Below, in pieces: positions 59,698-64,000 of a stretch of DNA of 64,000 nucleotides. The position numbers were made by a program, and so were the translations under genes. A model generated the notes under the pieces. It was not told where the DNA came from, did no database searches, and saw only the letters and a list, made by a program, of their open reading frames with translations. Numbering within the stretch: position 1 is the stretch's first letter; the number at the start of each line of letters is the position of its first letter. This stretch comes from an uncultured Porphyrobacter sp. (GTDB taxonomy: Bacteria; Pseudomonadota; Alphaproteobacteria; Sphingomonadales; Sphingomonadaceae): NCBI GenBank assembly GCA_964550495.1, contig CAZJZO010000001.1, forward strand, positions 6,925-70,924. The letters run 5' to 3'.

Positions 59698-60738
59698 CTA
59701 GACCGTGAAAGCTTCGAGACCCGACAGGCGCATTGCGGTTCCGGGTGCAGGCACATCCCTGGGCGGGAGCCCGTCGACGGCATCGGCGATCGCCCTGATG
59801 TGTTCCGGTGAAGAGCCGCAGCATCCGCCCAGAATGTTGGCCTGGCCGTTCTCGGCCCACTGTTTGACCAGCGCAGCCGTGGTCTCCGGCATTTCGTCAT
59901 ACTCGCCCAGTTCGTTGGGCAGTCCGGCATTCGGATATGCCATCAGCAACGTGTCCGCGAGGCCTGATAGAACTTGCACATGCGGGCGCAGCTGGTCCGC
60001 GCCGAAGCTGCAATTGAGCCCGATCGTGACTGGCTTGGCATGGCGCACGGCATACCAGAATGCCTCAACCGTATGACCGGACAGGTTTCGGCCCGACAGG
60101 TCGGTCAAAGTCATCGAAATCATCACCGGGACTTCCCGACCCAACTCGGTTTCGAGCTGCTTGGCGGCCATGATGCCTGCCTTGGCGTTCAACGTATCGA
60201 ACACCGTCTCTATCAGGATGAAATCGACCCCACCTTCGATCAATGCAGCGGCCTGTTCCTTGTAGACGGCAGTCAATTCGTCGAAGTCGATTTCGCGAAA
60301 GCCCGGATCTTCAACATCGGGGCTCAGCGAAAGCGTCTTGTTGGTCGGGCCGATGGCGCCGGCAACAAATCTGGGTTTTCCATCCTTCGCTTCATATTCG
60401 TCGGCCAGAGCACGCGCGATCTTGCCGCTCTCGACATTGATCGCGGTCACCTGATCTTCCGCGGCGTAGTCGGCTTGGCTGATGCGATTGGCGGAAAAGG
60501 TGTTGGTCGAAACCACGTCCGATCCCGCATCGAGATAGGCACGAGTGATGTCGCGGATCACATCGGGCCGGGTCAGCGCGAGGATGTCGTTGTTACCCTT
60601 CTGGTCAGCATTGAGTCCCAGATCGCCCGCATAGTCCGCTTCGGTCAACTTGCGTTCCTGGATCTGCGTGCCGAACGCTCCGTCGAAGATCAGGACGCGT
60701 TCTTTCGCGACCGCTTGCAGCTTCTCGCGTGCACTCAT
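59698..60738 (-). CDS. Homocysteine S-methyltransferase domain (N-terminal half of split MetH)
   Basis: DGAFGTQIQ, TNTF, GLNC and GGCCG Zn ligands. Confidence 0.92.
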   Translation of the reverse strand: MSAREKLQAVAKERVLIFDGAFGTQIQERKLTEADYAGDLGLNADQKGNNDILALTRPDVIRDITRAYLDAGSDVVSTNTFSANRISQADYAAEDQVTAINVESGKIARALADEYEAKDGKPRFVAGAIGPTNKTLSLSPDVEDPGFREIDFDELTAVYKEQAAALIEGGVDFILIETVFDTLNAKAGIMAAKQLETELGREVPVMISMTLTDLSGRNLSGHTVEAFWYAVRHAKPVTIGLNCSFGADQLRPHVQVLSGLADTLLMAYPNAGLPNELGEYDEMPETTAALVKQWAENGQANILGGCCGSSPEHIRAIADAVDGLPPRDVPAPGTAMRLSGLEAFTV

Positions 60739-61664
60739 GCAGTGTCTCCAACCGGCCGCTTTCCGAGCATGTGACAGATCGCGTAGGACAGTTCGGCGCG
60801 ATTCAGCGTGTAGAAGTGAAACTCGCGCACTCCGCCGGCATAGAGTTTGCGGCACAGTTCAGCCGCGATGGTCGCCGAGACCAACTGGCGCGCGGCCGGG
60901 CGTTCGTCGAGACCGTCGAACAGACCTTTCATCCACGATGGGATTGCGGTTCCGCACATCCCCGACATCCGCTGGACCGCAGCAAAGCTCATGACCGGCA
61001 TGATACCGGGCACGATCTCGGCATCGATGCCGGCGGCAGCCGCTTCATCGCGGAAGCGGAAGAAGCACTCGGGATCGAAGAAGAACTGCGTGATCGCACG
61101 ATCGGCCCCGGCTTCGAACTTGGCCTTGAGGTTCTCGATATCGGCCTGCGCGTCGGGCGAGTCCGGATGCACCTCCGGATAGGCGGCAACCGAAATCTCG
61201 AAATCGGCCACCTTCTTGAGACCCGCAATCAGTTCCGCCGCGTTGGCATAGCCGCCGGGATGCGGGGTATACTGCGATGCACCGTCGGGCGGATCGCCGC
61301 GCAGCGCGACGATGTGGCGGATGCCTTCTTCCCAATAATGCCGCGCGACCTCGTCCACCTGCTCGCGCGTCGCGTTCACACAGGTGAGATGCGCTGCGGC
61401 GGGAATGTTTGCTTCATTCTGAATCCGCACGACCTGCTCATGGGTGCGTTCGCGGGTCGAGCCGCCCGCGCCATAGGTCACGGATACGAACCGCGGGCCC
61501 AGCGGCGACAGGGTTGCCACGCTATTCCACAGGGTCTCGGCCATCTTTTCGGTCTTGGGCGGAAAGAACTCGAAACTGATGTCGATATCGCCGGGCAAGT
61601 CCGAGAACAGCGGAGCATCAAGCGCCGTCTTGGCTTCCTGAAGCTGGTCGAGGGTTGGTGTCAT
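60735..61664 (-). CDS. metF: 5,10-methylenetetrahydrofolate reductase
   Basis: SFEFFPPKT, VTYGAGGSTRERT, ALRGD, AAYPE and ITQFFF motifs. Confidence 0.96.
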   Translation of the reverse strand: MTPTLDQLQEAKTALDAPLFSDLPGDIDISFEFFPPKTEKMAETLWNSVATLSPLGPRFVSVTYGAGGSTRERTHEQVVRIQNEANIPAAAHLTCVNATREQVDEVARHYWEEGIRHIVALRGDPPDGASQYTPHPGGYANAAELIAGLKKVADFEISVAAYPEVHPDSPDAQADIENLKAKFEAGADRAITQFFFDPECFFRFRDEAAAAGIDAEIVPGIMPVMSFAAVQRMSGMCGTAIPSWMKGLFDGLDERPAARQLVSATIAAELCRKLYAGGVREFHFYTLNRAELSYAICHMLGKRPVGDTA

Positions 61665-62662
61665 GCTGATTGCTCTTTGACAGGGTTGGGGGATTGCGAG
61701 GACGGCAGGTCGCGGCGTTTGCCGAGCCAGATCTTTACGGTCAGTTCACCGCCTTCCAGCGCGGTTGGCTCGCGAGCGGTGAACCCGGAGCCGCGCAGCA
61801 GCTCGCGCATCTGCCGGTCAGAGAAACCAAGCCGCGCGTGCTGGTGCCGGGTGCGCAGTTCCTCACGGTCATGCGCAGCGAAATCGACGATCACGATCCG
61901 CCCGCCGGGACGGGTCACCCGCGCCGCTTCGGACAAAGGCAGCGCGGGATCCTGCGCAAAATGAAGCACCTGATGCAGCAGGACAGTGTCAAAACTGGCG
62001 GCAGCGAACGGCAGATCCGAGAAATCGCCTTGAACCAGTTCGATCTGCGCGGTCGGCAAGTGTTGCAGCTTGGCCCGCGCGACGCGCAACATTTCGAGGT
62101 TCTTGTCGAGCGCAACAACGTGCTCGGCCTGATCGGCGAGCAGTTCCGCGATCCGTCCCGTGCCGGTTCCGATATCGAGCACGGTGCCCAGCGGTGCATC
62201 GCCAAGCGCCTCGATCAGCTGCCGTTCGACTTGCGCGTCGGCACTGTGCAAGGCGCGAAGCTCATCCCATTCGCCGGCGTGCTGCGCAAAGTAGCTCTCC
62301 GCCGAGGGCTCGCGCGATTCGCGGATCGCCGCGAGTTTGCGTCGGTCGTCTTCGCAGGTCTTCGCGAAACCTGCGTTCTCGTTTTCGGCGGTAGCCAGCA
62401 GCCGGTCGACCGCTGCCACGATTGCGTCGGGATCCTCCGCACCGCTGGTCGATCGAAGGAACACCCAACTTCCTTCCCGGCGCCGTTCGGCGAGCCCGGC
62501 ATCGCACAGAATTCCGACATGGCGCGACACGCGGGGCTGGCTTTGGCCCAGCACTTGTGCGAGTTCTCCGACGGCGAGTTCCATAGTCGAAAGCAGCCGC
62601 GCAATTCGCAGCCGGGTCGGGTCGGCCAGAGCCTTGAAGATCGCGTCAATCGCCATTTGCAT
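61661..62662 (-). CDS. ArsR-HTH plus SAM-binding methyltransferase-fold regulator (SahR-like)
   Basis: FKALADPTRLRI..SQPRVSRH HTH and LDIGTGTG SAM motif; heads the met operon. Start 62656, 62662 or 62665. Confidence 0.88.
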   Translation of the reverse strand: MQMAIDAIFKALADPTRLRIARLLSTMELAVGELAQVLGQSQPRVSRHVGILCDAGLAERRREGSWVFLRSTSGAEDPDAIVAAVDRLLATAENENAGFAKTCEDDRRKLAAIRESREPSAESYFAQHAGEWDELRALHSADAQVERQLIEALGDAPLGTVLDIGTGTGRIAELLADQAEHVVALDKNLEMLRVARAKLQHLPTAQIELVQGDFSDLPFAAASFDTVLLHQVLHFAQDPALPLSEAARVTRPGGRIVIVDFAAHDREELRTRHQHARLGFSDRQMRELLRGSGFTAREPTALEGGELTVKIWLGKRRDLPSSQSPNPVKEQSA

Positions 62663-62688
62663 CACATATAAAGATATTTTTATATGTG
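62663..62688. promoter_or_regulatory. AT-rich palindromic operator at the start of the met operon (probable autoregulatory site)
   Basis: CACATATAAAGATATTTTTATATGTG is palindromic except for one pair and abuts the regulator start codon. Confidence 0.75.
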
Positions 62689-62792
62689 TAAATGCGATCC
62701 GTAAAGCTTCGGTTGATGCACTTGCCTGAGCACTAGGCGACGCGACCGTGCTGGTTTAGGGCGGTGGCACAATAACTTGGGTACGCTCCAGA

Positions 62793-64000
62793 ATGAAGCT
62801 CGGCTGCTGCTACTTTCCCGAACACTGGCCCGAAGAGATGTGGGCCGAGGATGCTCGGCGGATGCGGGCAATGGGTCTGTCGCTGGTGCGGATCGGCGAA
62901 TTTGCCTGGAGCCGGATCGAACCTGAGCCGGGCCGGTTCGACTGGAGCTGGCTCGATCGGGCGATCGAGACGCTAGAAGCCGCACATCTGAAGATCATCC
63001 TCTGCACTCCCACGGCAACGCCGCCCAAATGGCTGGTGGATTGTATGCCGGATATGGTCGCGATCGATCGGAATGGCCGCCCGCGCGGCTTCGGATCGCG
63101 GCGGCACTATTGCTTTTCACATCAAGGTTTTCGCGCCGAATGCCGCCGGATCACCACCGCGCTGGCTCAGCGCTATGGCGATCATCCGGCAATCACTGCG
63201 TGGCAAACCGATAACGAATATGGCTGTCACGACACCGTGTTGAGCTATTCCGAAGCAGCAGCGAGCGGCTTTCGACATTGGTTGGCGCAGCGATACGAGA
63301 GCGTGGCAGAGCTCAATGAAGCTTGGGGCAATGTCTTCTGGAGTATGGAATATCGCTTCTTCGACGAGATCGATCCTCCAAACCTGACCGTGACCGAGGC
63401 GAACCCGGCGCATTGGCTCGACTATCGCCGTTTCGCCTCGAGCGAAGTTGCGCGTTTCAATCGCGAGCAGGCCGAGATCCTCCGAGAACACTCGCGCGGA
63501 CGCGACATCACCCACAACTTCATGGGCTTCTTCATCGAGTTCGATCACCATGACGTGGGGCGCGATCTCGATGTGGCGACCTGGGACAGCTATCCGCTCG
63601 GCTTTCTCGAACAGTTCTGGTTCTCCGACCAAGAGAAGCACGACTACCTCAGACAGGGGCACCCCGATGTCGCGGCGTTCCACCACGATCTCTATCGCGG
63701 ATGCTCGAACGGACGCTGGGGGGTGATGGAGCAGCAACCGGGGCCTGTGAACTGGGCGCGTTTCAATCCCGCGCCGCTGCCAGGAATGGTCGCATTGTGG
63801 ACGCTGGAAGCTTGCGCACACGGCGCCGAATTCACGAGTTATTTCCGTTGGCGGCAGGCTCCGTTTGCGCAGGAACAGATGCATGCCGGCCTGCTACGCC
63901 CCGATGGCGAAGATGCCCCAGCCGCACAGGAGGTTCGCGATGCAGCCGACCTCATTCTCAAGATCGGGCCGCAGGAAGTGGCGAAAGCTCCGGTCGCGCT
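62793..64000 (+). CDS. Beta-galactosidase, GH42 (3' end outside window)
   Basis: Read manually because it is absent from the ORF track (no stop): [58 protein letters not shown]. Confidence 0.9.
   Translation, partial: MKLGCCYFPEHWPEEMWAEDARRMRAMGLSLVRIGEFAWSRIEPEPGRFDWSWLDRAIETLEAAHLKIILCTPTATPPKWLVDCMPDMVAIDRNGRPRGFGSRRHYCFSHQGFRAECRRITTALAQRYGDHPAITAWQTDNEYGCHDTVLSYSEAAASGFRHWLAQRYESVAELNEAWGNVFWSMEYRFFDEIDPPNLTVTEANPAHWLDYRRFASSEVARFNREQAEILREHSRGRDITHNFMGFFIEFDHHDVGRDLDVATWDSYPLGFLEQFWFSDQEKHDYLRQGHPDVAAFHHDLYRGCSNGRWGVMEQQPGPVNWARFNPAPLPGMVALWTLEACAHGAEFTSYFRWRQAPFAQEQMHAGLLRPDGEDAPAAQEVRDAADLILKIGPQEVAKAPVA

Noticed and set aside
56519-60738. metH as a disrupted pseudogene
   Set aside because: Both halves are intact ORFs with proper starts, stops and catalytic motifs; split MetH is a known functional arrangement.
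56237-62671. Long plus-strand ORFs (56237..57988, 60729..61964, 61670..62671)
   Set aside because: Antisense shadows of metH, metF and the regulator, with no domain motifs.

Overview
GC-rich alphaproteobacterial chromosome segment. Gene content and order suggest Sphingomonadales/Erythrobacteraceae; this is an inference. Left to right: three tandem YadA-like trimeric autotransporter adhesins; a PNPOx/TetR/SDR unit; an amidohydrolase and an S9 peptidase; a LysR/AhpD-like unit; a MipA-like outer-membrane protein; carotenoid genes crtY-crtI-(LOG)-crtB; acyl-CoA carboxylase subunits; an MFS transporter, dinB, NUDIX, pgl, dps, a GDT1-like protein and an SDR. An accessory region surrounds tRNA-Gly(CCC). 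On one side is a LuxR-HTH/small protein/membrane protein triad. On the other is a tightly coupled five-gene operon with two single-HKD PLD-superfamily proteins, one carrying a ComEA-like helix-hairpin-helix domain; this is the best candidate for an undescribed system. Next come a valine-catabolism gene set (mmsA...mmsB) riddled with inserted genes, including an orphan GH19 lysin, then an Nmad3-like gene, an NTP transferase and flippase, gcvT-H-PA-PB under a tandem glycine riboswitch, a SahR-like regulator-metF-split metH operon with a palindromic operator, and the start of a GH42 beta-galactosidase. No CRISPR array, rRNA, integrase or transposase was recognised. All family assignments come from motif recognition by eye; no database search was run.
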